From NCBI RefSeq assembly GCF_006345805.1, contig NC_043002.1, positions 58,962,001 to 59,026,000 of the forward strand: a DNA stretch of 64,000 bases, given 5' to 3'. The translations under genes and the position numbers were made by a program. Below the pieces are notes generated by a model, which was not told the origin of the DNA, did not search any database, and saw nothing but the letters and a program-made list of their open reading frames with translations. Numbering within the stretch: the first letter of the stretch is position 1; the number at the start of each line of letters is the position of its first letter. Origin of the DNA: Octopus sinensis (lineage: Eukaryota). Below are positions 10,935-24,369 of this stretch, in pieces.

Positions 10935-11311
10935 AAGAGCACTCTGAGAGCGCAAACCTCCGCCAAGGCAACACCAATGACCTCTCAACGATTAGCTGGG
11001 GATGATTTTTTAAAATGAGAATATCTGAAATAAACTCAGCTGCTCCCACAAACGAGAATACTAAAAATGAACCCGACCGCTCTCAAAAACTAAGCATAAA
11101 AACCGGAAAAATAAGCCAGAATCATTGACGGTACCAAATCTATCCCCAAATCTAATCAGTTCGTGCCAGTCACGAGGCCAAACATCGCTGAAAGTTTCAT
11201 CCGAGTCCATCCAGCAGAGAAAAAAATCCAAATATCTTATCCACGGACTAACAAACAAACAAAAACACGACTGAAATCAATACCTCCGCCTTCTCCAAGG
11301 TGGAGGCAATA
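10935..11311 (-). mobile_element. Non-autonomous Helentron/Helitron2-like element
   Basis: On minus: 5' TATTGCCTCCACCTTGG..GGCGGAGGTA hairpin, 3' subterminal CCTTGGCGGAGGT followed by the palindrome GCGCTCTCAGAGTGC. A second copy lies at 21985-22352. Confidence 0.55.
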
Positions 11312-11334
11312 AACCAAGCGACAGAGTAATCTGA

Positions 11335-11726
11335 ATACTTTCCTACTCTAGGCACAAGGCCCGAAATTTTGGGGAAAGGGGCCACCTTAGATCGACTCCA
11401 GTATGCAACTGGCACTTAAGTTATCGACACCGAAAGGCAAAGTCGACATCGGCGGAACATGAACTCAGAATGTAAAGACAGATGAAATACCTGTTTCTTT
11501 ACTACCCACAAGGGGCTAAACACAGAGAGGACAAACAAGGACAGACAAACGGATTAAGTCGATTATATCGACCCTAGTGCGTAATTGGTACTTAATTTAT
11601 CGACCCCGAAAGGATGAAAGACAAAGTCAACCACGGCGGAATTTGAACTCAGGACGTAAAGACAGACGAAATACCGCTAAGCATTTCGCCCGGTGTGCTA
11701 ACGTTTCTGCCAGCTCGCCGCCTTAT
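11335..11726 (-). mobile_element. Dimeric tRNA-derived SINE (monomer tail a + monomer tail b)
   Basis: Head AAGGCGGCGAGCTGGCAGAAACGTTAGC.., central GTTGACTTTGTCTTTCATCCTTTCGGGGTCGATAAATTAAGTACC, two consecutive monomers. Related copies at 14270-14505, 20895-21210, 33465-34122 and 53500-53700. Confidence 0.75.
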
Positions 11727-13216
11727 AGAGTAACCTGTATTCTAAACCGAAGGGAGAAGCTTCTCCGTTATCCATTCGCTTGGTGAATATGGTGTCGTCC
11801 AGGAAGAGCTTGAGCAAGGTATGGCTGAACTTGGGCCCTTGGGAACAGAACGCAAATCCTTAATTTCATACTCTACAAATGATCACAATATCTGGGATTA
11901 TAAAAATATGCAAGCCTTCTTAATATTTAGAGGATAATGAACAAAACACTGTGTTTTTCTTCAGATCCTTGCTACCAAGTAGTTGGTCGGCCAAAGCTAA
12001 CTCTAAATATAAAAAAAAGAGAGCGAACATACATATATTCTGTTTTTCTAGGGGCTGACAAATGTAAAAGATGTTATGTCCGGTTGCCTAGAGATTAACC
12101 CTGTAAGAATACCTAAAAGAGTAATTATGTATCTTGTCAATCCCTTACATAAATATTTTCTTATATAGAGACATGGATATAGATATTTGGAGAATGAACA
12201 ATCAAATATATTGGTTCCTATATCAGCTCTTGATCGGACTTTTATTTACTCGGTGTCTGGACGGACGAAAGTCAAAGTTGACAAAAGCAGGATTTCAATT
12301 CATTGCGTTAAAACATTTTGTTCAACATTTTTCATGCAAGGGAAGTAACTTCACATTCTTTTGAAAAAGTAACTTCTCTTGGGAATTTGTGTTTCCTAAT
12401 AAACAGTCCCCGCCCACTCAAAGATTCAAAAGCGGAGTCAAAACTTCAAGCTATTCAAAATTCAAGTTCTTTCCCCAACCCTCTCCACACCTCGATCTAA
12501 TATTACTCGCTTTCTCGGGTTTGCCTCAATCTGATTTCCCTTGTCTCTCCATCATTTAAGCCTTGCAACAAGTCTTTGCTCCACCATCACCACTGTTGCT
12601 GTTGCTACCACCACCACCACTATAAGTACTACCTTAAAATACCTATTATTATTATTATTATTATTATTATTCCTTTCATCCATTCAGGGTTGTTTAATTA
12701 AGTACCAGTTGCGTTCTGGGGTCGATCTAATCGACTGGCTACTTCCCCCAAAATTTCGGTCCTTGTGCCTAGAGTAGAAAAGATTATTATTATTATAATT
12801 GTTTTTTTTCCCTCTTTCTTCAAATTTTCTTCCATTTCTCGCCGAGTATTTTTCCGTACATCTAGGGCAAAGAAGCTCATTGTATGCATTCCCAGATTAT
12901 TATTATTATGATCATCATCATCATCATCATAGAGACTGTTTTTGTTTTCAGGCCCCAATTCAAGTTATTTCTATTCATAAATTTTTGTACTTTCATGGCT
13001 TCTCTATTCTTGTTGGTAAAACACTGCCATCTGTTGGGAATGATTTATTGATTAGAAGTTACTTTCTCTTGGTGATCTAGTTGATAAGGTTTGTTCTCCC
13101 AATCTGTGGCTTTTGGCATTGTTTTGGCATTTTCTGAGATGTTTTCTGAGGTATGCCTATACTGTCTCTTTTCTGTTAGCATTCTATAGCACTAGAATTC
13201 TTATTCTTATTATTAA

Positions 13217-13687
13217 CTCTTTCGTTACCAACCCAGCTGAAACTGCTCCTGGTTCTGAGTACAAATGTCTTGTTTTCATAAGTTTTGAATTAAAATCCTC
13301 CACCAAACCTTAGTCACAATTTATGTTCCTAACACTAGCTTAATGATAACTAAGTTATTTTATCAAATTCATCGTTACATTTAAAGTAATTGAAAGAAAC
13401 ACAGAGCATTTCAACAGAGATATGGTAAGAAAAGGGTTAAAATATATTATAGAGAAACAATTCTTAACCCTTTTGATATCAACCTGGCTGAAACCGATTC
13501 TGGCTCTGAGTACAAATGTCTTGTTTTCATAAGTTTTGAATTAAAATCTTTCACCAAACCTTTGTCACAATTTATGTTCTTAACACTAGCTTCATGATAA
13601 CCAAGTTCTTTTACTAAATTCTTTGTTACATTTAAAGTAATTGAAATAAACATAGAGCATCTCTACAGAAATACAGTAACGAAAGGG
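13217..13687. mobile_element. Tandem pair of ~220-bp piggyBac-like MITEs
   Basis: Units 13217-13436 and 13468-13687, each bounded by TTAA with C(C/T)CTTT..AAAGGG ends and separated by a 31-nt TTAA-bounded spacer. Confidence 0.8.
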
Positions 13688-15836
13688 TTAAGGTGGTGAA
13701 CTGGCAGAACTGTTACTAAGCAAGGCCAAAATTCTTAGTAGTATTTTATCCGTTTTTACATTCTGTGATCAAATTCCCCCACGGTAGACTTTACCTTTCA
13801 TCCTTTCAGGGATGTACCAGTCATGTACTAGGATCGATATAATCGACTTCCCCCTCCCCTCAAAAGCTACTTGCTCTGTACCAAAATTTGAAACCATTAT
13901 TATTAAGATGGTCAGCCGGTAGACATCCCCATAACTTAGTGGTTCAGCAAAAGAGACCGATAAAATAAGTACTAGGCTTACAAAGAATAAGTCCTGGGGT
14001 CGATTTGCTTGACTAAAGGCGGTGCTCCAGCATGGCCACAGTCAAATGACTGAAACAAGTAAAAGAGTAAAAGAGAAAGATATACTACTGAACTAACAGT
14101 ATGATCAGCAGTACAGCCACTCCTCAAAACTAGCACAATTGATGACCGATTAAAATCCCTTCAATGTGCAGCTATCCACAGTCTTCATTTTCTCTGAATA
14201 CTACAACTGACCCATCATTACCATCATCATCATCATTGCCATAATATTCTACTCATGTAACTATGACCACCTATTTCTTTATTACCCACAAGGGGCTAAA
14301 CACAGAGGGGACAAACACGGACAGACATAGGTATTAAGTCGATTACATCGACCCCAGTGCGTAACTGGTACTTAATTTATCGACCCCAAAAGGATGAAAG
14401 GCAAAGTTGACCTCAGCGGAATTTGAACCCACAACGTAACGGCAGACGAAATACCACTAAGCATTTCGCCTGGCGTGCTAACGTTTCTGCCAGCTCGCTG
14501 CCTTGAACTATGGCCACCATTAGTGTTACACCTTCTTCTCACCACTCTCCACCTCAATTTGAATGTATACCTCACGGCTCTGTGATAAATCTGCCAACTG
14601 CAAATAAAGTAAAATCTATAAACGCATGATACCCCAAAATATGCCAGTTTTCTCAATGCAAGAGACTATGCATAGACAGTAACTGCAATTTCACTCATTT
14701 ACCTGGGACAAAAAAAGCAATTCATACAAGCAGTACCAGCCAATGCCAAAGCAGACATCTTATGCTGTGGCCACTATAACAACCCTCGATCTCACCTACC
14801 ACTTGTATGCAATTTTTCAAATTGCTACCTTCTGTGTATGTTTGTATTCTCTTTTACATGTTTCAGTCATTTGACAGTGGCCATGCTGGAACACTGCCTT
14901 TAGTCGAACAAATCAATCCCAGGACTTATCATATCAGTCTCTTTTGATGAACTGCTAAGTTTCAGGGACATAAACACACCAACATCAGTTGGCAAGCAAT
15001 GGTGGGGGGGACAAACACAAAGACACACACACACATATATATATTTTTTTCATTATTAATAATATGAGGGTAAATAATTAATTTCAAATTATTTACCCTT
15101 ATATTATTAATAATGGAAATTTTCCACTCCCTTATGACAATCCATAGTTCTATATATATATATATATATAACGATAAATTTTTGTTATAATTGCATACTG
15201 TAGGATGAGAAGGATGAACAATGCATGAAGTTTTAAGGAAATATTTATTTACCATTACGTTACAAATACCTTGCCTCGACGGGCATGTTATGATAAATCC
15301 AAAAGCATAAGTAAAGTTTGTGTTTGTGTCCTCTAAATACAGAGAGAGATAGAATGATGTTGTAAGAGACAGAATTAGAACTAGTGAGAGTTGTAGGGTG
15401 TTGGACGTTGTTTCACAGTTGCTGACAGTAAAATTCATTTCTCCCTCTGACCAAGGTTCTAGCTGCTCAGCCAGACTTTGTTACCACCGAAGTGACAACT
15501 TGGTTGAGTCATCACCGACTGGTGACTAACTGATTTTTACTTGGGGTGTGCTGGCTTATATAACCATCCGGAAGGATAGATATATCATTGAGAACAATTG
15601 ATTTAGTTGGTGGTCTTGTTATCTCTATTCTAGCTTTTGGTGAAGTAGAAGAGGTTAGAAAGGGTCAAGTGATGAAGACATTATTTTAGCTAGCTAAATG
15701 CATCTGGAAAATGTAAAACTGCTATCACCGAAAAGCCATTGTTCCACTGTAGGAAAAGTTCTGTTGCAGTGTTAATTTAACATGCATGCAAGATCCACTA
15801 CATATATATATATATATTATATATATATATATAAAT

Positions 15837-15930
<94 letters not shown>

Positions 15931-15937
15931 TATATAA

Positions 15938-16915
15938 TCAGATGTGGTGTGCAAGAGAGATGACAGCTACGTGAAAAAGTGTCACACCCTAGCAGTTGAG
16001 GGAACCCATAGGAGAGGTAGACTCAGGAAAACCTGGGATGGTGAAGCACGACTTTTGAATGTTGGGCCTTACCAAGGCAATGACTTGTGACCGGGACCTT
16101 TGGAGATATGCTGTGCTTGAGAAGACCCAACAAGCCAAGTGAGACCATGGCCTATGCCAGTGGATGTAACCAGCGCATTTATGAATATCCCCTCATTCAT
16201 TGGACAACAAATCTTGCTTGTGAAGACCTATTGAGGCAAGTGAAATCAAAATCAAAATTCCTGATGTGGCCGATGACCAGTACGGCCTGATTGGCACTCT
16301 TGCCAGTGGAACGTTAAAAGCACATCAGAACATGAGGTGTAACCGGCCCACTTATGAGTACACCTCATTCATTGGACAATAAACCTTGCTTGTGAAGGCC
16401 TATTGAGGCAAGTGTAAATGAATCAAAATCGTTGACGTGGCTGATGATAGTACTGCTTGATTGGCACTTGTGCCTGTGGAGCGTGAAAAGCACATCCAAG
16501 TGTGATCATTGCCAGGGCCATGGATTGGCTCCTGTGCCAGTGACATGTGAAAAGCACCATTCAAGTGTGATCGTTGCCAGCGTCACTTTACTGTCACATG
16601 TGCTGGTGGCATGTGGAAAACAACATTCGAGCATGGTCATTGCCAAAGCAACTGGACTGGCTCCCATGCAGGTAGCATGTAAAAACAACTTTTGAACCTG
16701 GTCGTTGCCAGAACTGCCTGACTGGCACTCATGCTGGTGGCACTTAAAAGCACCCACTACACTCTCAGTGTGGTTGGTGTTAGGAAGGACATCCAGCTGT
16801 AGAAACTTTGCCAGATCAGATTGAGCCTGGTGCAGCCTCTGGCTCACCAGTCCTCAGTCAAAGCGTCCAACACATGTCAGCATGGAAAGTGGACGTTAAA
16901 CGATGATGATGATGA
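15938..16915 (+). mobile_element. 5'-truncated RTE (Expander/Rex3-like) LINE
   Basis: RCGVQER..DDSYVKKCHTLAVEGTHRRGRLRKTWD RT C-terminus, followed by a modular 3'UTR and a (GAT)n tail. Confidence 0.8.
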
Positions 16916-16919
16916 CGGA

Positions 16920-17163
16920 AAATAGGAAAATGGAAAGGATACAAAAACATACATCAGCTGGTAGACATTCTAGTATGTCTATTCCAATGTATTAGAAGAA
17001 TACATACTAATATTACAGAAAACAGCAAAAGATCAGATTGTCTGTGGTTAATACATGTGTATGTATTTTTCTAATACATTTTAATACACTGGAATAAATA
17101 GACATACTAGAATGTCTATCAGCTGATGTATGTCATTTCTGTATCCTTTCCATTTTCTTATTT
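16920..17163. repeat. Foldback hairpin (~90-bp arms)
   Basis: AAATAGGAAAATGGAAAGGATACA..CATACATCAGCTGGTAGACATTCTAGTATGTCTATT is inverted against ..AATAGACATACTAGAATGTCTATCAGCTGATGTATG..GTATCCTTTCCATTTTCTTATTT. Confidence 0.85.
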
Positions 17164-17506
17164 GCTGTATAAATTAAGGGTAAGCCAATTTTTACCCCCG
17201 CCCATATATAACACTCAATTACAAAATTGCCACACAATAACTAGCACTTGGGTATGAATAACTGGGTACACTATCAGCAGTATATTGGATAGGTACTATC
17301 CCTTACTTAGTTTGTTTCACAACCACTAACTCACAGAAATATATCCATGCATATATATGTATATATATATATATACAGACAGACAGATTATATAGTCGCT
17401 ATGAGGATATTTAGACCTCTTATAGGGGGTATATTTATCCAAGATACTCTGGTTTAATATATTGTATTTTGAAGGGATATTCCTTCAATGAATATATTAT
17501 ATCAAA

Positions 17507-17850
17507 TATTATTAAATTTGAAATGGAGAGGCCCAATGGATACAAATTAATCTATTAATTAATTATCATCTTCACCTACAATTGTTTTATTTTACATCTA
17601 ATTTAAAATATGAATCATATATAAATATATAATCTTAGTATATTGGAGAATACCAACAGATCATAATGTAATCCTTGTTTATGCCCTGATAATTTTCCAC
17701 CCAAGGTATTTTGAACTGCAAGCTTATATATTTATGTATGTTTTGTAGTTTAAGTTGGATACAAAATGAAACAATTGTAGGCAAAGATGTTAATTAATTG
17801 AAAAAATAATTTGTATCCATTGGATCTCTCTGCTTTCAAACTTGGTAATA
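17507..17850. repeat. Older foldback element (~100-bp imperfect arms)
   Basis: TTTGAAA..CCAATGGATACAAATTA..CCTACAATTGTTT is inverted against AAACAATTGTAGG..TAATTTGTATCCATTGG..TTTCAAA. Confidence 0.75.
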
Positions 17851-18403
17851 CATATGTATATATATATATATACTTTTATTCTTTTATTTGTTTCAGTTAT
17901 TTGACTGCGGCCATGCTGGAGCATAGCTTTTAGTCAAGCAAATCAACCCCAGGACCTATTCTTTGTAAGCCTGGTACTTATTCTATTGGTTTCTTTTGCC
18001 GAACTGTTAAGTTATGTGGATGTAAACACACAAGCATCGGTTGTCAAGTGATGTTGGGGCAAGAAACACAGACACACAAACACACACACCTTGCCCAAGG
18101 GTCACATTAACCATATTATCCACAAACTACTTTCCTCTTTTCATTCCTCATTTTCACATTGTTCTGCTGTCTTTCTTTAACCACCTCATTCCCTAATTCC
18201 TGTTTCATTCTTTCTTTCATTTTCTTTCCTCTCTTTCTTCTTCAAAATCCTTCAATTTCTATCAACTTTTTCACCTCACTCCTCTTTCTCATTTCTTCCC
18301 TCTCTCTCTCTCTCTCTCTTTAGTTTTCCCACTATAATAACCTACATAAGTACTTGTCTCAATGTATCTATTTATAGAGTTTTCTCTCTACCAACTTACC
18401 TGA

Positions 18404-18408
18404 TTGTT

Positions 18409-18500
<92 letters not shown>

Positions 18501-18594
18501 TTATCTATCTATCTGCTTGCCTGCCTGCCTGTCTGTCTGTTTGTCTGTCTATCTACGTCTATCTGTCTACCTGTCTGTCTATCTTATCTGTCAG

Positions 18595-18627
<33 letters not shown>

Positions 18628-18755
18628 ATCTATCTATCTATCTATCTATTTATCTATCTATCTATCTGTCTGTCTGTCTGCCTGCCTGCCTGTCTGTCTG
18701 TTTGTCTGTCTATCTACGTCTATCTGTCTACCTGTCTGTCTATCTTATCTGTCAG

Positions 18756-18802
<47 letters not shown>

Positions 18803-18960
18803 GTCTGTCTGTCTGTCTGTCTGCCTGCCTGCCTGCCTGTCTGTCTGTCTGCCTGCCTGTCTGCCTGCCTGTCTGCCTGTCTGTCTGTCTGTCTATCTAT
18901 CTGTCTGTCTCTCTCTCTCTCTCTCTATGTCTATCTATCTATCTATCTATCTCTCTCCTT
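18404..18960. repeat. Compound (TCTA)/(TCTG)/(CCTG) tetranucleotide array with a 161-bp higher-order duplication
   Basis: The interrupted block ..TCTACGTCTATCTGTCTACCTGTCTGTCTATCTTATCTGTCAG.. recurs at 18554 and 18715. Confidence 0.9.
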
Positions 18961-19363
18961 ATCTATTACAATCACTTCAACCATTAAACTATGTCCCTCT
19001 CTATCTCTCTATCTCTCTTCCTGTCCCACCCCTGTTTAATTAGGTAATGCTATTGAAATAGAGCTGCAAGTTTCAGATAGTTGCTGCAGTTTGTTATTGA
19101 ATAAAGAATTTCACATTGTTTTTTGTCTTCTCTTGTAGCTTCTGATCTAGTTTCCTTCGCGCATTGGGAAATCAGACTTTACAAGGCCACTCAACAGGGT
19201 GACTCAGGAATTAAAATTAAACTTGTTCAGGGTTTTTCTGTTGCACATACATACACACACACACACACATACACACACAAATATAAGAGTACCAACAAAT
19301 TTGAATCAGTTTTGATCTATCCATCCATCCATCCATCCATCCATCCATCCATCCATCCATCCA

Positions 19364-19421
<58 letters not shown>

Positions 19422-19543
19422 GGCACAGGAGAGGCCGTATAGTAAGTAGCATGGCACCTTGGGCAAGTGTCTTCTACTATAGCCTCGGGCCAACCAAACC
19501 CTTGTGAGTGGATTTGGAGGCGGAAACTGAAAGAAGCCTGTCG

Positions 19544-19590
<47 letters not shown>

Positions 19591-20479
19591 TTGCCCCTCC
19601 CAATATCGCTTGACATGCGATGTTAGTGTGTTCAGCAAAAAGAGACCGATAGAACAAGTACTAGGCTTACAAAGAATAAGTCCTGGGGGCGATTTGCTCG
19701 ATTAAAAGATGATGCCCCAGCATGGCCACAGTCAAATGACTGAAACAAGTAAAAGAATAAATGAATATATACATACATGTACACACACATATAAATATAC
19801 ACATATATTAATGCATGTATGTATATATATATGTGTGTGTGTGTATGTTTAGCTATATATAGATATATTTACATATAGATATACATATGCACGCACACAC
19901 ACATATACACGCGTGTGTGCGTGCGCGTATATATACGTATATACAGCTATTTTTCATGCTTCTTTATTTTTTTTTTGTTTCCTCGATAAACTGAGCTTTG
20001 AGAACCAGGTCATTAGCACAATTTCCGTGGGCACAAACTTGTTGGCCTGTGTGTGTGTGGTGTGTGTGTTGTATGTGCCTGTGTGGTGTATGCGTTTGTG
20101 TGTGATGCGTATGTGTGCGTTGTGCGTGTGTGGTGTGTGTGTGTGCGTGTGCGTGTGTCCGCGTGTCTGACTATCTCAAGGACAAGGAAGAGAAGTTGGA
20201 AGAGATTTAGCAAACAGAACTTCCCTTTTTTTAAGAGTTATTTCCCCTTCTTGTCGGACTCTGCTTTTGTTTATTTATTATTTATTATTTATTTATCTTT
20301 TTGTTTGCTTGTTGGTTTGTTTGTTTCCTAACGTGTTTGGCAATTTGAGTGGATTCGGTAACAACAGAAGTGGAGAATGAATGAAGCTGAGAGAGAGTTC
20401 GTTAGTTCGTATCATGCAACATCATGTTCACCGGTCGAGGCTATTTCAGTCAGTCTTAAATGGGTCACTCTCCCTGGAT

Positions 20480-20890
20480 GTAAATAGACACCACCACCAC
20501 AGAAGACGAAGAACTCGGTGGGCTTTAGACGCTGGGAGCACTGTCGTCGTCATCGTCATCATTATCATCATCATCGCCACTACCACCAACATCATCATCA
20601 TCACCAGCACCATCATCATCGTCGTTGTCGCCATCGTCAATATCACCACCGCCACACCACCACCATCGTCGTCGTCATCATTATCATCATCGTCGTCATC
20701 ACCATCACCGCCACCATCATCGTCTTCATCATTATCTTCATCGTCATCACCACCACCTCCATCAACACAAATACCACCATCGTCATCATCATCATCACCA
20801 TCCCCACCACCACCATCGTCATCATTACCACCACTACTATCGTCGTCATCTTCACCACCACCACCACCACCACTAACACCATCACCACAA
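20480..20890. repeat. (CAT/CAC/CGT)n trinucleotide array
   Basis: Degenerate trinucleotide repeat producing the poly-H/I/S/T ORFs. Similar arrays at 35020-35290, 57500-57965, 58585-58990 and 63140-63660. Confidence 0.95.
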
Positions 20891-21214
20891 CTTTTTGTGG
20901 GGAAGGGATTAATTGATTACATTGACCCCAGTGTTTCACTGGTACTTAATTTATTGACCCCGAAAGGATGAAAGGCAAAGTTGACCTCAGTGGAATTTGA
21001 ACTCAGAACATAGTGATGGGTGAAATACAATGATTTCACATTTTGCCACAAGGACAACCATTTTGGGGTAGGGGACATGTCAATTACATTGATCCCAGTA
21101 TTCAACTGGTACTTAATTTATTGACCCCCGAAAGGATGAAAGGCAAAGTTGAGCTTGGCGGAATTTGAACTCAGAATGTAAAGATAGATGAAATACTGCT
21201 AAGCATTTTAATAA

Positions 21215-21705
21215 TGAAATTATTGTATACAGTGCTCAGGTGCACCACAACTTGTCAGAAAGTGTGTATAAAGTGTATGCAGTAATGTACAAATGTCTGG
21301 AAAGCGAACAATGTATGAGTCAGATACATGCTTGTGTGTGTATGAAGGGGAGAAAATCAGGTGTAGTGTTGGCGAATCTCAGAAAGCATGGAAGTTTTCA
21401 AGGATGCAGTGCTTCGACAACTAACAACCGATGCCGGCAGTTTGTTCCATGCTTCAGCAACTCTCATGTTTCCTAAAGTCATGGGAGCTGTGCTGCTTTC
21501 TGACTTTGTAAATATGTCCACGGGTGTTAGACGGGTGGAGTTTGAAAAGGTGCTCAGAGTTATCATTCGTAAGATGGTTGATAATTTTATGGGTGTCTGC
21601 CAAGTTAGCTGCCAGACGTCGGAGTTTCAATGTGTCCATGCCCAGGGAAGTGAGGCATTCAGAATATGGCAAATGCCTGAGGGAGGGTATTGCCCCGCAT
21701 GCTAG
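21215..21705 (-). mobile_element. CR1-clade LINE 3' end
   Basis: LPYSECLTSLGMDTLKLRRL..TRGHIYKVRKQHSSHDFRKH..RVAEAWNKLP matches CR1-type C-terminal motifs (LxxRR, RGH, RV..WNxLP). The 3'UTR ends in (ATT)n. Same family as 43705-44320. Confidence 0.8.
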
Positions 21706-21937
21706 CAATTCTGCCAGCTCGCCACCTTATGATTAATAATAATAATAAAAATAATAATTATTTCAAATTTTTCCACAAGGGAAGCCATTTTGCGGGAGGG
21801 GACGTGTTGATTATATGAACCCTAATGTTCAGCTGGTACTCAGCAGAATTTGAACTCAGGTGAAATGCTGCTAAGCATTTCGCCCAGCATGCTAATGATT
21901 CCGCCAGCTCACCACTTACTTGATAATAATAATGATG

Positions 21938-21980
<43 letters not shown>

Positions 21981-21984
21981 CAAC

Positions 21985-22352
21985 AAGAGCACTCAGAGAG
22001 CGCAAACCTCCGCCAAGGCAACACCAATGTTCTCTCAACGATTAGCCAGAGATGATATTTAAAATGAGAATATCTGAAATAAACTTTATTCCTCTCACAA
22101 ATGAGAATACTAAAAATGAACCCGACCACTCTCAAAAATTAAGTAAATAAACTAGAGAAATAATCCAGAATCTTTGTCCGGTACCAGATTGATCTCAAAA
22201 TCTAATCAGTTTGTGCTAGTTATGAAGCCAAACATCCCTGAAAGTTTCATCTGAATCCATCCAGCAGCTCTTGAGATATCTTGTCCATGGACAAACAAAC
22301 AAACAAACACAACTGAAAACAATACCTCTACCTTCACTAAGGTGAAGGTAAT
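21985..22352 (-). mobile_element. Second Helentron-like copy
   Basis: Colinear with 10935-11311, including AAGAGCACTCAGAGAGCGCAAACCTCCGCCAAGG and the terminal hairpin. Confidence 0.55.
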
Positions 22353-23580
22353 AATCCTTTCTGTAATGGGTACAAGGCCTGGAATTTTTTAGAGGAAGGG
22401 TGCTAGCTGGTTACATCAACCCCAGAGCTGAACTGGAACTTATTTTATCGACCCTGAAAGGATGAGAGGCAAAGGAAAAGAATTTGAACTCAAAATGTGA
22501 AGATGGATGAAATGATGCTAAGCATTTTGTCCATTGTGCTAACAATTCTACCAGCTTTCAGCCTGGGCAGTGTTGTAAAACTCAGACCTGTTGTCAAATT
22601 ACAAAATGTTTCATTACCACAAGGCACTGACCTCAACTTCTGTTGTAAGGAAAGCTTAGAGCAGGTCAGGCTCAACCAAACTGCTTTGTTTTTGATTCAC
22701 AACGTGAAGAGGAATTCTTCACTTGTGTCTCAGTGTCTCAGTGTCACTTGTGTCACAGTGATTCTGTGCTGCTGCTAATTTCTTTGACTAAGGGGTTTTA
22801 TTTTTATTTCCATTATTCTTGCGAAGGTTGAGCAACCTACTTTTACCATTAGTTTGCAACTTTTACCATTAGTTTCACCATTTTTGTTTTGTTGTTGGTC
22901 GTTTTTCTGTCATCATCATCATCATTGTCATCGTTGTTGTGATTTGAGGGAGATTTGGTTGCTATTTCTACTAAGCTTACTCACCAGATAAATTAACAGA
23001 AATTATTTAATAACATATCTTTATAGGAGTTAAACTATGTGGATCATCATCATCGTCCACTTTCCATGCTGGCATGGGTTGGACGGTTTGACTGAGGACT
23101 GGCAAGCCAGGAGGTGGCACCAGGCTCCAATATGATCTGGTAAAGTTTCTACAGCTGGATGCCTTTCCTAATGCCAACCACTCCGAGAGTGTAGTGGGTG
23201 CTTTTACATGCCACTGGCATGAGGGCCAGTCAGGTGGTACTGGCATTGGCCATGCTCAAATGGTGCTTTTTATGTGCCACCTGCACAGGAGCCTGTCCAG
23301 TGGCACCGGCAATGACCTTGCTCAAATGGTGCTTTTAACGTTCCACTGGCATGGGTAATTAATTAAATTTCTTTGCTTATTTATACATTTGTCGATTTAA
23401 GAGAATGTGAATTTTAATTTTTATTTTATTCTTTTATTTTAAAAACACAAATAAGGAAAATTTATTCCTTTTCTCTCTGATTCATTACTTATACTCACAA
23501 AAGAAGTTGTGAAATAAAAAATCTTGACATTGAATTGTTTCTTTGACACTGGTTAATGTTCTGGAATTGTTTTTAGGTTA

Positions 23581-23616
<36 letters not shown>

Positions 23617-24147
23617 TTGTCCATTGGACACTTTGCAACAAGTATGGACTTGAGAGGGCAAAAAATTGGTATGACCACAAACCTGAAGTCATCGTCGAAA
23701 ATAGAAATGCAAAGATCCTATTGGATTTTATGATTCAGTGCGACCATGAGGTAGAGAATAGGAAGCTTGACATAGTCTTAATTGAGAAAGAAAACAAACT
23801 AAGCTGGGTCATAGATATAGCATGCCCAGCTGACAACAAAGTATGCGATAAGGAAGAAAGAAAAGTCGACATATATGACAGGTTAGCTTGGGAAGTTAAG
23901 CAGTTGTAGTCAATGAAAAAGATGGTAGTAGTACCAATAATTGTCAGAGTCAGCAAAAATCTTGAGAAGTACATGGAACAAATAGGGGCTGCAGTAAGGG
24001 TGAAACACTTGCAGAAAACAGCACTGCTTGGAACTGCTCGAATACTCCAGAAGGTGCTCAAAAAATAAGAGGTGTTGCCTTAGTTCACTAGTAGTGAACA
24101 GTTGACACTATAGTACATCTCCAGCGTTAGAAGCTGTGTCAAGGCAG
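23617..24147 (+). mobile_element. R4/Dong-like non-LTR element fragment (restriction-like endonuclease) in (AAT)n
   Basis: WYDHKPEVIVENRNAKILLDFMIQCDHEVENRKLDIVLIEKENKLSWVIDIACP..LQKTALLGTARIL is a PD-(D/E)xK RLE C-terminus. (AAT)n at 23581-23616 and 24149-24163. Confidence 0.8.
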
Positions 24148-24369
24148 AAATAATAATAATAATGGTAATTCTTTCTTTATTGGCCACCAGGGCCAACACA
24201 AAACATAGAGGATGATACGCAGATGAAGGACAATGAGGTTAAATGTATAAAAAGAGCCAACAAACACGAGAGGCAGTGGCTCTCATTGCTTCTAATCTTA
24301 ACTGATTGGAAGTGTTATCCTGTACATTGCTTTGTCTTGGTATAAAAGATGGCCTACGGCAAACATTCT

